From the NCBI GenBank assembly GCA_028717685.1, contig JAQUNI010000003.1, forward strand, positions 64,311 to 128,310: a stretch of 64,000 nt of DNA, written 5' to 3'. This document shows positions 49,125 through 58,982 of this stretch, piece after piece. Made by a program: the position numbers and the translations under genes. Within the stretch, counting starts at the first letter, position 1. Every line of letters starts with the position of its first letter. The notes beneath the pieces are model-generated. The model was not told the DNA's origin, did not search any database, and saw only the letters and a program-made list of their open reading frames with translations. The DNA is from Patescibacteria group bacterium (GTDB lineage Bacteria; Patescibacteriota; JAQUNI01).

Positions 49125-49945
49125 TTGAGAAACCTCCTTGCATTTGGATCTTGCGAAAAACCGACTCCGATCAAGACTCTGTCTTGATCAAATTCGGGAT
49201 TTATTTTACCCATCCGTCGGTCTTTCTCTTTTACTAACATTCTCTCCCAAGAAATTTCCAGCCAGAATGGGAGAAGATTAATTCTGGCATACACTCCGCC
49301 ATTGGGTCTAAGCTCACTTTCCCAAATCTCACTCTGGTAATAGGCCCAAGTTGTTTGAAGACCTATTTCCAGACTTTGTTGAAAATTCACGCCTAGACGT
49401 AGACGCAGTTCACTATCTGTTCCGGGATAACGGATACCGCCGAGTTTACCGAGGTCAAATGTGGTATAGGCGGCATCAAAACTAAATAAACGGTGCCATG
49501 CTCGCATCTGGGCGAGAAATAAATTCGTGTCAAATTCACCGTTCCATTTCAGTTTTAATTCATCGCGCGTCCTGACATTGCACCAAACACTACCTAATCC
49601 CCAATTCAGATTAATCTCTGGCACGATGAAAGCGCCCAAGATTATTTTTTCATCCTTTTCTAGTCTCGCAAATTGGGGATTCCATTTTTGATAACCTTGG
49701 ATGTGGACCATTGGTCCGCCGTCCAAAGAAAGACACCATGGCAGGTCAAACGGCTTTTGCATTACGATATACATCACCGTATTTTCTTCATCACGGAAAT
49801 TACGGCTGTGGATGATATCAAAGAACACCGGCTCATCTATTTTCATATGGGCTTCGGTGTATAGATATTTTGCCGTATCCGCGTCTGCAAAAACTTTGAC
49901 CACTAACATCAACATCATTACCAAAACCACCAGCAATTTTTTCAT
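49121..49945 (-). CDS. Hypothetical secreted protein, amphipathic beta-strand rich
   Basis: Signal peptide (VFA-D), GAGGTGA SD, alternating strands such as LRLRLGVNF and RVLIGVGFS. Confidence 0.6.
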   Translation of the reverse strand: MKKLLVVLVMMLMLVVKVFADADTAKYLYTEAHMKIDEPVFFDIIHSRNFRDEENTVMYIVMQKPFDLPWCLSLDGGPMVHIQGYQKWNPQFARLEKDEKIILGAFIVPEINLNWGLGSVWCNVRTRDELKLKWNGEFDTNLFLAQMRAWHRLFSFDAAYTTFDLGKLGGIRYPGTDSELRLRLGVNFQQSLEIGLQTTWAYYQSEIWESELRPNGGVYARINLLPFWLEISWERMLVKEKDRRMGKINPEFDQDRVLIGVGFSQDPNARRFLK

Positions 49946-49992
49946 TTTATCACCTCTCGATCTTGTAGAATCTTTAGTTCTAATTAAGACAC

Positions 49993-50097
49993 TCCGTCAC
50001 TGCGAGGAAGACACAAAGTGCCGACCAAAGCAATCTCGTTTTTATATTATGATGAGATTGCTTCGTCGGGCTTGAAAGCCCTTCTCGCAATGACGGA
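49993..50097. repeat. GTCAYTGCGAG...AAGCAATCTC / GAGATTGCTT...CTCGCAATGAC palindromic element
   Basis: Long nested inverted repeat. Confidence 0.85.
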
Positions 50098-50186
50098 AAT
50101 GCCCACCTTATTACAGATGATGTAGTTCTATAGAATATGAGTTCAATTATTTTTCAAAGAACATTCTTAAAATTATAACTAAAAAA

Positions 50187-50945
50187 TTATTTTTCAACAA
50201 TCTTTAAGCCGCCAATGTAGTGGTCTGACTTTTTCTCTTCTATTGTCGTATCGCCATTTTGCACGACCTCCATAACCTCTGTTTTTTCATTTTCTTGCGG
50301 TTCGGGGGGCATAATAGGCGTTGGTTTTTGCGACAGACTTTGGGTTTTCCAAAGAATTACTATCGCGCTAATCGCAAGGCCTACGAATAAGCTTAAGATA
50401 ATGTTTAGCAAAATATTCGGTTTCACGGGCCGCTCCGAGACGAGCGGCGTGTCTAAAACCACGATTCCGACTTCATCTCCTAAATTATAATAAGCTTTGC
50501 CTTTTTTGGAAAAATTGTAAATAATGGCGTTCATAATATTTTTTGCTTGCGAGGCTTCGGGATGATAGACATTGATTTCAATAATACTTGTGTCCGTGGA
50601 AACGCGGGAACTAACCATTTTAGCCCATTTTTCCCGGAGATCTTTTTCTTTCTTTGGAAAATAAATTGAATCAATCGGAAACCCAGAATTCAAGACATCA
50701 TTCATAAAAGAACTGCTTTTTATAATTTTCGCAAACAGCATAGCCAACCTCTCGGCAGACTGGCTTGCTTTATACATATCTAGGTCGGCATTTGTTTTTT
50801 GGGTAATCAAAATCCGGCCGCTTGCTCTGTAAAGCGGTTTTTGAAGGGAACTTGCGATTAAACTTACCACAATCGTGGCAAGAGTAATAATCGTAATAGT
50901 GCGCCAGCTTTGGCGGATCCGTTGTAAATATTGTTGATAATTCAT
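50187..50945 (-). CDS. Wzz/CpsC-type chain-length determinant
   Basis: Two TMs, QKPLYRAS, P.VSERPVKPN. Confidence 0.85.
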   Translation of the reverse strand: MNYQQYLQRIRQSWRTITIITLATIVVSLIASSLQKPLYRASGRILITQKTNADLDMYKASQSAERLAMLFAKIIKSSSFMNDVLNSGFPIDSIYFPKKEKDLREKWAKMVSSRVSTDTSIIEINVYHPEASQAKNIMNAIIYNFSKKGKAYYNLGDEVGIVVLDTPLVSERPVKPNILLNIILSLFVGLAISAIVILWKTQSLSQKPTPIMPPEPQENEKTEVMEVVQNGDTTIEEKKSDHYIGGLKIVEK

Positions 50946-50970
50946 AAGATCATAAGATTTGTGAAATTAC

Positions 50971-50999
50971 ATTGTACACTAAATCTAAAAATCTGTCAA
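50971..50999 (-). promoter_or_regulatory. sigma70 promoter whose -35 lies inside the htrA terminator-like hairpin (about 50987-51024)
   Basis: TTGACA-N17-TACAAT; inverted repeat AAAAATCTGTCAAGC / GCTTGACAGATTTTT. Confidence 0.72.
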
Positions 51000-51042
51000 G
51001 CTTTTTTGTGCTTGACAGATTTTTGAGTAAGATAAGCTTTAA

Positions 51043-52317
51043 TTATTCTTTTTCGTCCATTTTACCCAAAACAACTTTTATTTCTAAGCTTTTCTCCTCT
51101 CTTACGACAGTGAGGGTGATTTCTTCATTTGGTTTATATTTTTGAAGTAAAGTAGTCAGAGAATGATTTTCGTCTATTTCTTGCCCATTAACGCGCGTAA
51201 TAATGTCCATTTCTTTCAAACCAGCTTTTTGCGCCGGGCTACCCGGGAGAATAGGCAGAAGATTGGGATCACCACTATAAATAAGAGCTCCTTTTTCGAC
51301 TGGTAGTTTGTTGAGGTTAGCTAATTCAGGGGTGATAGGGATAAGGCGCACTCCAATATAAGGACGGATAATTTTACCTTCGCGGATCACACTATCAATA
51401 GCAGTTTTAATATTATCAACGGGAATGGCGAAGCCGACCAACTGTCCTTGGCGGTCAATCGCGGTGTTAATACCTATAACCTGACCTTGAATATTGACTA
51501 ATGGCCCTCCAGAATTACCGGGATTGATTGCCGCATCGGTTTGAATCACATCTTCCAAGCTTTCCGATTGCAACATCCCGTCGCCTGCTTGAACAGAACG
51601 TCCGATCGCTGAAACAACTCCTGTTGTGACTGTATTTTGATATTCGCCAAGCGTATTGCCGATAGCAATAACTTTTTGCCCCACTTCAAGATCACCAGAA
51701 TTCCCTAATTCCGCCACAGGCAAATTTTCCGCTTGAATTTTAACGACGGCAAAATCATTAGAGGGATCGCGAGCTAAAACCTGCGCCTCGTAGTTTTTAC
51801 CATCGCTGGTGACGACGGTATATTTTGCGCCAGTATCGGCGACCACGTGCTTATTGGTGGCGATTAAACCATCGTTGGTCAGAATAAAACCTGTGCCCCC
51901 TCCCTTTTGTTGGAAAACATCTCCGAAGAAGCCTCGGGCGTCGCGCGTGCTGATGATACTCACGACGGCCGGGGAAATCTTTTTAACCGCGGCAATGACT
52001 CCCGATTCTTCATTAATCACCACCTTTTCATTTTTTTGGATGGTTACTGGCTGGTCGCTCTTTAAAAATTCATAGCGTTCAAAGAAAGGAATTGTGGAAA
52101 GATAAGGCAAAATAATCCTGTTTGTTATTATGCTCCCTATTCCGCCTGATAAGAATCCCAAAATAATAATCATTAATATAATAAGAAACCATTTAAAAGC
52201 AGAATCTTTCTTGATGATTTTTGCTTTTTGACTGCTTGGCGCTTTTGATTTGGGCTTAAAGTGCGCTCTGGTGTTCGTTCGAATAGATTTAATTTGGATG
52301 TTTTTGAAGTCGTTCAT
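51043..52317 (-). CDS. htrA: HtrA/DegP serine protease with one PDZ domain
   Basis: TNKHVV, IQTDAAINPGNSGGPL, PGSPAQKAGL. Confidence 0.95.
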   Translation of the reverse strand: MNDFKNIQIKSIRTNTRAHFKPKSKAPSSQKAKIIKKDSAFKWFLIILMIIILGFLSGGIGSIITNRIILPYLSTIPFFERYEFLKSDQPVTIQKNEKVVINEESGVIAAVKKISPAVVSIISTRDARGFFGDVFQQKGGGTGFILTNDGLIATNKHVVADTGAKYTVVTSDGKNYEAQVLARDPSNDFAVVKIQAENLPVAELGNSGDLEVGQKVIAIGNTLGEYQNTVTTGVVSAIGRSVQAGDGMLQSESLEDVIQTDAAINPGNSGGPLVNIQGQVIGINTAIDRQGQLVGFAIPVDNIKTAIDSVIREGKIIRPYIGVRLIPITPELANLNKLPVEKGALIYSGDPNLLPILPGSPAQKAGLKEMDIITRVNGQEIDENHSLTTLLQKYKPNEEITLTVVREEKSLEIKVVLGKMDEKE

Positions 52318-52398
52318 AAATTGTAAGTAACTGGTAATTAAGGGAATATCTTTAGGGGATTAAAGTTATCAGTTTACTCGTTATGAGTTAATATATTT

Positions 52399-53208
52399 TT
52401 ACCTCGGTATCCATTGATTAGAAAATAAAACGCTTGAGATTGTAATAATTCCCAGAAGAAAATAAATTTTGATTAAACGTCGGGTTAACATTTGGCGGGA
52501 ATAGTATTCTAAAATGCCGAGGATGATATAGACACTTACTATCACAATGATAGCATTGGCGATGTAATTTGTGGGCCAGAAGGTAAGAGACCAGAATATC
52601 TGGCTAGCGGTTAAACTCGTGATCAAGGTATAGAGAACGGCTAAGGAAGGTGTGAAAATTTCACTCAAAAATTGATAAGTCAGAGAGAAAACAACGAGAA
52701 CAACGATTAAAAGAGCCTGCCAAAGAGGAAAAGACAAAAGATAAATTAAAGCAAAGAGGTTTGCCGTTAGAAAAAATGTAGTGAGTATGACCAGAGCTTC
52801 ATTTGTCGTGTAAACAACCATTTTCCGTTTGTCTTCTTCGGATTTTAAAATTACTTCTTGGTGGGAGTAAAAACGATATTTACTTAAGGTTGCGATGTTA
52901 TTTAGGACAATTCCTAAAATAATACTCGCGCCGATGATGAAAAAATGCTGCACATAGCTTTTTTGGGCGAGGATAAAAAGAGCGAGAATGCTTAAGGTAT
53001 AGAAAAGTGGCAAGATTAAATAGATGAACTGTTTTAATTTTTTTTGACTCAAAAATCCACCCAGATAAAGAGAAGCAAGGAGCACGCATCCTATAATAAC
53101 GCCAAAAATTTTCCAAAAAATTTCAGGATATTGAATGACGAATTCGAGACCAATCAGCATAGTTAGAGGAGGCAGGATGGTGGCGATTTTAGAAAGCCAG
53201 GAAGACAT
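52399..53208 (-). CDS. Multi-pass membrane protein (DUF5656-like)
   Basis: About 9 TM, FWSLTFWP motif. Confidence 0.6.
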   Translation of the reverse strand: MSSWLSKIATILPPLTMLIGLEFVIQYPEIFWKIFGVIIGCVLLASLYLGGFLSQKKLKQFIYLILPLFYTLSILALFILAQKSYVQHFFIIGASIILGIVLNNIATLSKYRFYSHQEVILKSEEDKRKMVVYTTNEALVILTTFFLTANLFALIYLLSFPLWQALLIVVLVVFSLTYQFLSEIFTPSLAVLYTLITSLTASQIFWSLTFWPTNYIANAIIVIVSVYIILGILEYYSRQMLTRRLIKIYFLLGIITISSVLFSNQWIPR

Positions 53209-53213
53209 AGGGA

Positions 53214-53345
53214 AATTTTTAATTTTCAATTTCTAATTTCTATTAAATTTTCAATATTTTAATTTTTAAACAGTTTGAAAATTATTTGTTTAGAAATTGA
53301 TTCATTAAAAATTTAATGAAAATTGAAAATTAGAAATTGAAAATT
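53214..53345. repeat. Inverted heptamer array (AATTTTC/AATTTCT)n...(GAAAATT/AGAAATT)n
   Basis: Direct reading of the sequence. Confidence 0.85.
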
Positions 53346-55665
53346 ATTTTATGTTTCTTGTTAAATATCTGACAATCTCTTCTCCTTCTTTTGATAACTT
53401 TATCTTTGATTTTTTTCGAATTCTGATTTGGGTAACCTTTTCCTGTATCAATTTAAATTCGTTTCGCGTTTTGCGGTCCAGATGTTCTGCGGGAAAGCTT
53501 GGCCATGGGGTTATGATTAAATCGCCTTTTTCTTTTAATTCGTGATATAGTTCTTCCGTGATAAATGGCATAAAGGGATGCAATAGTTTTAAGGTTTCGC
53601 GGAGAATCTGGCGCAGGATAAAGCCAACTTCTTTCTGTTCTTCCTTATTTTCGCTGTAGATCCTTGCTTTGGCGATTTCAAGGTACCAATCGCATAATTC
53701 ATTCCAGAAAAATTTATACAGACGTTTTGCGGCATAAGCAATCTTGTAGTTCTGCAAATATTGAGTTACTTTTCTAATCGTATAATGCAGTCGGTAGAAA
53801 ATCCAGTGGTCAGCCAGGTTGTCAGCGCTACGCGCGATTTTGAGAGCGGCAGACTCCTTGTAATTTTTAATCGGCTGCGTGTTTTCAATGACGAGCTTTG
53901 TGGCATTATAAATTTTCGTGACAAAATTGCGGGAAGCGCGGATTTTGTCTTCCATTGCCTGCCGGCTCATTTTGATATCGCGGCCAGGATAAGCGCTTCC
54001 CGCTAAGGCAAAGCGCAGAGCGTCCGCGGAATATTTTTCAATCATTTCTAATGGATCAACGCCATTACCCAAGGACTTGCTCATTTTTTGTCCTTTTTCA
54101 TCGCGGAGCGTGCCATGGATAAAAATAGTTCTAAAGGGAACATCGTCCATAAACTTTAGCCCCAAAATAATCATTCGGCAAATCCATAGGTATACAATTC
54201 CTGGCGCGGTAACCATTACATCTGAAGGGTAATATTTTTTAAGATCGGCTGTTGCTTCGGGCCAGCCCAGGGTGGAAAATGGCCAAAGACCAGAAGAAAA
54301 CCACGTATCTAAAACGTCTTTTTCTTGGGTAATTTTTTTGCTTTTGCAAAGGGGGCATGATTTCGGTTTTGTGGCTGAAATAATAGGCTGATCTGAACAG
54401 TCGCAGTAATAAACCGGCATCGGGTGACCCCAGACGATTTGTCGTGAAATACACCAATCATGAATTTGGGAGAGCCAATCAAGAGCTTGTTTTTTGTAGC
54501 GCTCTGGAAGGAATCGCACTTCCCCTTTTTCAATTGCTTCTATGGCTGGCGCGGCTAATGGTTTCATTTTAATAAACCATTGCACAGAAATTTGCGGCTC
54601 CACTACGCTTTTACAACGTTCACAAACCGCGACGTTATGTTTAATATTTTCTATTTTTTTTAAATACCCCTCCTCTCTCAAATCTTGAATGATAATTTCG
54701 CGAGCTTTATTTATTGGTAGTCCTTGATATTTCGCGGGAACATTTGTCATTTTACCATTGCGATCGATTACGATCGGCATCTGGAGTTTATGCCGTTCGC
54801 CTATTTGATAATCATTAATATCATGCGCCGGAGTAACTTTCACCGCGCCTGTAGCGAAATTTGGATCTACTGTTTCGTCAGTAATAATGGGAATTTCCCG
54901 TTTAGTTAAAGGTAAAATAACCTTTTTCCCTATTAATTTTTGATATCTTTTATCTTTTGGATGCACAGCGACAGCAGTATCCCCTAACATCGTTTCGGGT
55001 CTGGTTGTAGCCACAACTATTCTTGATTCTTGACTCTTAACCCTTGATTCTAAAAGAGGATATTCAATATAATATAACTTGCCTTCGCGCTTTTTATATT
55101 CCAATTCTAAATCTGTAATCGCAGTCTCACACCGCGGGCACCAATGAACAATGTATGGGCCTTTGTAAATCAGCCCTTCATTATATAAACGAATAAATTC
55201 TTCGGTTACTGCTTGGGCTGGTCCAGGATCTAAGGTAAAGGTTTTGCGCGACCAATCTGCAGATTCGCCTAGAGCCTGTGACTGTTCTGAAATTTTTTTT
55301 TCGTAGATTCGCGCCCATTTCCAAATATATTCCAAAAATTTTTTCCGACCTAAATCATCGCGGGTTTTTCTCTCTTCTTTCAGAAGTTTTTTTTCCATTG
55401 TCCCTTGCATTTGGATTCCGGCGTGATCAATACCAGGAAGCCAGAGGGTATCAAAACCTTGCATTCTTTTGGCGCGGACTAAAACATCAGTAATGGTATG
55501 TTGCAGGACATGGCCTAAATGCATCTCGCCGGTTAGATTGAGCGGCGGCATAATCATCACAAAAGATTTCTTTTTGGACTGATTGTCAGCCTTAAAATAG
55601 GCTTTTTTTAGCCAATATTGGTACCATTTTTTTTCAATTGTTTTAGCGTTGTATTTTTTGTCCAT
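53344..55665 (-). CDS. valS: Valine--tRNA ligase (short C-terminus)
   Basis: HLGH, DHAGI, ATTRPET, DWCISRQ, DVLDTWFSS, KMSKS. Confidence 0.96.
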   Translation of the reverse strand: MDKKYNAKTIEKKWYQYWLKKAYFKADNQSKKKSFVMIMPPLNLTGEMHLGHVLQHTITDVLVRAKRMQGFDTLWLPGIDHAGIQMQGTMEKKLLKEERKTRDDLGRKKFLEYIWKWARIYEKKISEQSQALGESADWSRKTFTLDPGPAQAVTEEFIRLYNEGLIYKGPYIVHWCPRCETAITDLELEYKKREGKLYYIEYPLLESRVKSQESRIVVATTRPETMLGDTAVAVHPKDKRYQKLIGKKVILPLTKREIPIITDETVDPNFATGAVKVTPAHDINDYQIGERHKLQMPIVIDRNGKMTNVPAKYQGLPINKAREIIIQDLREEGYLKKIENIKHNVAVCERCKSVVEPQISVQWFIKMKPLAAPAIEAIEKGEVRFLPERYKKQALDWLSQIHDWCISRQIVWGHPMPVYYCDCSDQPIISATKPKSCPLCKSKKITQEKDVLDTWFSSGLWPFSTLGWPEATADLKKYYPSDVMVTAPGIVYLWICRMIILGLKFMDDVPFRTIFIHGTLRDEKGQKMSKSLGNGVDPLEMIEKYSADALRFALAGSAYPGRDIKMSRQAMEDKIRASRNFVTKIYNATKLVIENTQPIKNYKESAALKIARSADNLADHWIFYRLHYTIRKVTQYLQNYKIAYAAKRLYKFFWNELCDWYLEIAKARIYSENKEEQKEVGFILRQILRETLKLLHPFMPFITEELYHELKEKGDLIITPWPSFPAEHLDRKTRNEFKLIQEKVTQIRIRKKSKIKLSKEGEEIVRYLTRNIK

Positions 55666-55694
55666 AAGCAAAAAATTGCTTTTTGAGCACATTT

Positions 55695-55723
55695 ATTGTA
55701 TCTTAAAAGCGCTGGATTGACAA
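55695..55723 (-). promoter_or_regulatory. sigma70 promoter of valS
   Basis: TTGTCA-N17-TACAAT. Confidence 0.6.
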
Positions 55724-55756
55724 GGAGTGTTTAATTGGAAAGGAGAATTTTGCAAG

Positions 55757-55978
55757 ATGGAGATTTTGGATCAGGTTGTTACCGGCGTGGTTACTGTAAA
55801 AATATCAAACAAGGGGGATCAAAGAAGGGATTGGGTTATTTTGAAAGAAGAGCCCTTAATAGTAGTTGCAGAGAAAGTGTATAAAAAGTTCTGGCCGAAT
55901 CAAAAGAAATACAGCGGCTTTAATGTTAAATCATTTGATCCTTTAACAAATATGTTAGAGGTTGAGGTAAAGTATTAG
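55757..55978 (+). CDS. Small hypothetical protein
   Basis: AAGGAG upstream of ATG; fills the valS-alr gap. Confidence 0.5.
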   Translation: MEILDQVVTGVVTVKISNKGDQRRDWVILKEEPLIVVAEKVYKKFWPNQKKYSGFNVKSFDPLTNMLEVEVKY

Positions 55979-56077
55979 TTTGTCATTTTGTTTTTGCCTC
56001 AATCTCTTTTTTATTTAGCTTATTTGCTTTTTATGGTAAAATCAAAAAACCTATTCTTTTGAGAAATATATTTTTGG

Positions 56078-56150
56078 TGTCATCGCCGATTTTTGGGGGA
56101 ACCCAGGTTTATATCGTTAGACCTGGATTCCCGCCTTCGCGGGAATGACA
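56078..56150. repeat. CTGGATTCCCGC-CTTC-GCGGGAATGAC REP-like element with degenerate left arm
   Basis: Perfect hairpin plus TGTCAT/ATGACA ends. Confidence 0.8.
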
Positions 56151-56168
56151 AATAAGTTGAAACTAAAA

Positions 56169-57296
56169 TTGATAAAAAATCAATATCGCACTTGGTTAGA
56201 AATTGACACCAAGGCAATAAAAAATAACTATCAAATTTTTCGCAATTTAATTCCCAAGGGTTGCAAACTTTGTGGTGTGGTTAAATCTAATGCTTATGGT
56301 CATGGTTTAGTGGACTTTTCAAAAGAATTAGAATGTTTGGATATTGATTTTTTGGCAGTGGATTCTGTTGTGGAGGGTTTGCGTCTAAGAAAAGAGGGCA
56401 TCAAGACTCCGATTCTGGTTTTAGGATATACTTTGCCCTCGTTAGTTAAAAAAGCGGCTATCAATAGTTTAAGTCTAACTATATCTTCTTTTGACGCAGT
56501 ATACAGCTTACCGAAATTACTGGGGCGTAAGAAAATTAAAATTCACCTCAAATTAGACACGGGAATGCACAGACAAGGGTTTTACGAAGATGACGCGCAG
56601 AAAGTATTAAATTTTTTAAGTAAAAATAAGAATATAATTTTAGAAGGTACCTATACTCATTTTGCAGGGGCGAAGAATCCGGCGTTCCCGCAAAACACAA
56701 AAAAACAGCTTGCTATTTTTCAGAAATGGATTAAAGAATTAAGCAAAAAAGGCTGTAAGCCGATTTGCCACGCCGCGGCAACAGCCGGGACTATTCTCTT
56801 TCCAGAAGCGCGTCTGGATATGGCGCGCGTTGGCATCGGACTTTATGGTTTATGGCCATCCAAAGAAATAAAAGCCTTTGCGGCAGAGAGATTAAAATTG
56901 AAGCCGGCAATGCGATGGAAAACAATAATAGGTGAGATTAAAAATCTTTCCAAAGGCGAACGGATAGGGTATGATTTCACCGAGAGGGTAGATCAAAATT
57001 CCAAGATCGCCATCCTGCCTGTAGGCTATTGGCATGGTTATCCGCGCAGTTTATCCAGTATCGGCTATGTTCTGGTCCAAGGGAAAAGATGCAAGATTCT
57101 AGGTCGAATTTCTATGGATATGATTATTATTAACATTAGCGATGTTCCTAGGGCAAAAGTCGGGGATGAAGTGTATCTATTGGGCAAAAGCGGTCAGGAA
57201 AAAGTAAGCGCGGATGATCTGGCGTATCTTTCTGACACTGTAAATTACGAAATTGTGACCAGGATAAATCCATTGATTAAGAAAATATATTTGTAG
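56169..57296 (+). CDS. alr: Alanine racemase (start uncertain)
   Basis: VVKSNAYGHG, HLKLDTGMHRQG, GRISMDM, NYEIV. Confidence 0.95.
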   Translation: MIKNQYRTWLEIDTKAIKNNYQIFRNLIPKGCKLCGVVKSNAYGHGLVDFSKELECLDIDFLAVDSVVEGLRLRKEGIKTPILVLGYTLPSLVKKAAINSLSLTISSFDAVYSLPKLLGRKKIKIHLKLDTGMHRQGFYEDDAQKVLNFLSKNKNIILEGTYTHFAGAKNPAFPQNTKKQLAIFQKWIKELSKKGCKPICHAAATAGTILFPEARLDMARVGIGLYGLWPSKEIKAFAAERLKLKPAMRWKTIIGEIKNLSKGERIGYDFTERVDQNSKIAILPVGYWHGYPRSLSSIGYVLVQGKRCKILGRISMDMIIINISDVPRAKVGDEVYLLGKSGQEKVSADDLAYLSDTVNYEIVTRINPLIKKIYL

Positions 57297-57343
57297 AATT
57301 TAATATTTTTTCCCTTAAGTTTTGGGAGTTTGGCGGGTACAAG

Positions 57344-57376
57344 ACCCCCTCTAACTCCCCCTTGCCAAGGGGGAGA
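57344..57376. repeat. CCCCCTCTAACTCCCCCTTG-CC-AAGGGGGAG hairpin element
   Basis: GC-rich stem between alr and ddl. Confidence 0.65.
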
Positions 57377-57388
57377 AAATTTTAAACT

Positions 57389-58492
57389 GTGTCTAAAATC
57401 AAAGTTGGTATTTTATTTGGCGGAAAGTCAGCCGAGCACGAGGTTTCTTTGGTTTCCGCGGAATCAGTGATGGGACATCTTAATCAAAATAAATACGAAG
57501 TGATCCCTGTGGGGATTAACCGCGAGGGTAAATGGATTACAGCAGGCGAGCCTCTAAAACATCTAAAGAAGGGCAGACAAGGAGAGGCGCGGAAAAGGTT
57601 ACTGCCGGCAGTGCACCATAAGGACGCAAAATCTCATGTTGCCACAAAAGCAGTGGACGTGATTTTTCCAGTTTTGCATGGCACTTATGGCGAAGATGGC
57701 ACTGTGCAGGGTTTTTTGGAATTAGCGAATATCCCATATGTGGGCGCGGGAGTTGCGGCATCGGCAATAGGAATGGACAAGGTTTTACAGAAAGAGATAT
57801 TCCGGGCCAAGGACCTGCCAGTGATTAATTATTTGGTTTTTTGGCGCAAGCGAATTTTAGAAAGATTAGATCCCCAGGTCGTGAAAGAGATTGAGGAAAA
57901 AATCGGCTACCCTTGTTTTACCAAGCCCGCTAATTCAGGTTCTTCGGTAGGTATTTTTAAGGCGCATACAAGGGCAGAGCTTCGATATATGATTAAAAAA
58001 ACCGCTCATTTTGACCGCAAGATTATTGTGGAAAAAGCGGTCGCCAACGCCCGTGAGATTGAGGTGGCGGTTTTGGGCAATGATGATCCAGAGGTTTCGG
58101 TTTGTGGTGAAATTATTTCTTCCAATGAATTTTATGATTATGAGGCGAAGTATGTTGACGGGAAAAGTAAAGCGATTATTCCCGCAAAGATTTCCCAAAA
58201 AATAAGTGATGAAATTAGAAAAATCGCGCGAGAAGCCTATCTGGCGATTGACTGCTCCGGAATGGGGCGCGTTGATTTTTTAGTGGATGGAAAAATAAAT
58301 AAAGTGTATTTAAGTGAAATTAATACAATCCCAGGATTTACTTCTATTTCTATGTATCCTAAACTCTGGCAGGCATCGGGTCTTTCCTATCCGCGGCTTC
58401 TGGACAGATTGATTCACCTTGCTTTGGAACGCCACCAAGATAAACAAAAAAATGAGACTATGTTGGAATTAAAAAGTAAGTGGTATCAGTAA
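57389..58492 (+). CDS. ddl: D-alanine--D-alanine ligase
   Basis: FGGKSAEHEVS, LHGTYGEDG, GSSVG, FYDYEAKY, EINTIPGFT. Confidence 0.96.
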   Translation: MSKIKVGILFGGKSAEHEVSLVSAESVMGHLNQNKYEVIPVGINREGKWITAGEPLKHLKKGRQGEARKRLLPAVHHKDAKSHVATKAVDVIFPVLHGTYGEDGTVQGFLELANIPYVGAGVAASAIGMDKVLQKEIFRAKDLPVINYLVFWRKRILERLDPQVVKEIEEKIGYPCFTKPANSGSSVGIFKAHTRAELRYMIKKTAHFDRKIIVEKAVANAREIEVAVLGNDDPEVSVCGEIISSNEFYDYEAKYVDGKSKAIIPAKISQKISDEIRKIAREAYLAIDCSGMGRVDFLVDGKINKVYLSEINTIPGFTSISMYPKLWQASGLSYPRLLDRLIHLALERHQDKQKNETMLELKSKWYQ

Positions 58493-58577
58493 ACCCTGTT
58501 GGAGAATTTTGTTTTCTAACCCTGTTAGAAAGGATATGGAATATCTTCGCAGGAAGGCAGTAGATTGACTGTGTGTT

Positions 58578-58614
58578 ATAACTAAAAATGGCTTAAATAA
58601 GCCATTTTAGTTAT
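58578..58614. terminator. Bidirectional hairpin between ddl and the hydrogenase operon
   Basis: ATAACTAAAAATGGCTT-AAAT-AAGCCATTTTAGTTAT. Confidence 0.7.
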
Positions 58615-58626
58615 TATCTTAAGGAG

Positions 58627-58884
58627 TTATTTCATCCCTTGAATTTCTTTTAATTTGAAATAATCCCCCTTTATTTTTTTAATTTGGATTTCCGCGCCTT
58701 CTGCTATAGTTTTTTGATTGAGGAGGTTGATATTGAATTTTAAATTCAGAGGAGCAATAATGGCTCCGTGCTCTTCAATTTCGCCCAATTCAATCACTAT
58801 TTTGGTGATTTTTTTTAAATGATTTTTTTGGGCGTATTCTAAGGCTTGGCGCAAAATTTTGTTGGCAGCGTGAAAGTCATGCAT
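58627..58884 (-). CDS. hypA: HypA-like nickel chaperone lacking the Zn finger
   Basis: MHD N-terminus, ITKIVIELG, LKFN, IAEGAEIQI; no Cys. Confidence 0.78.
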   Translation of the reverse strand: MHDFHAANKILRQALEYAQKNHLKKITKIVIELGEIEEHGAIIAPLNLKFNINLLNQKTIAEGAEIQIKKIKGDYFKLKEIQGMK

Positions 58885-58982
58885 AAAATGGTAATTAGTA
58901 ATCCGTAATCAGTAATTGGTAATTGTGAACAATCAGATGATAGTCGGTAAAAATTAATAGTTACTAATTACTGATTACTACA

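Noticed and set aside
56145-56168. alr start at ATG 56145
   Set aside because: The ATG belongs to the palindromic repeat end; a downstream TTG is more plausible
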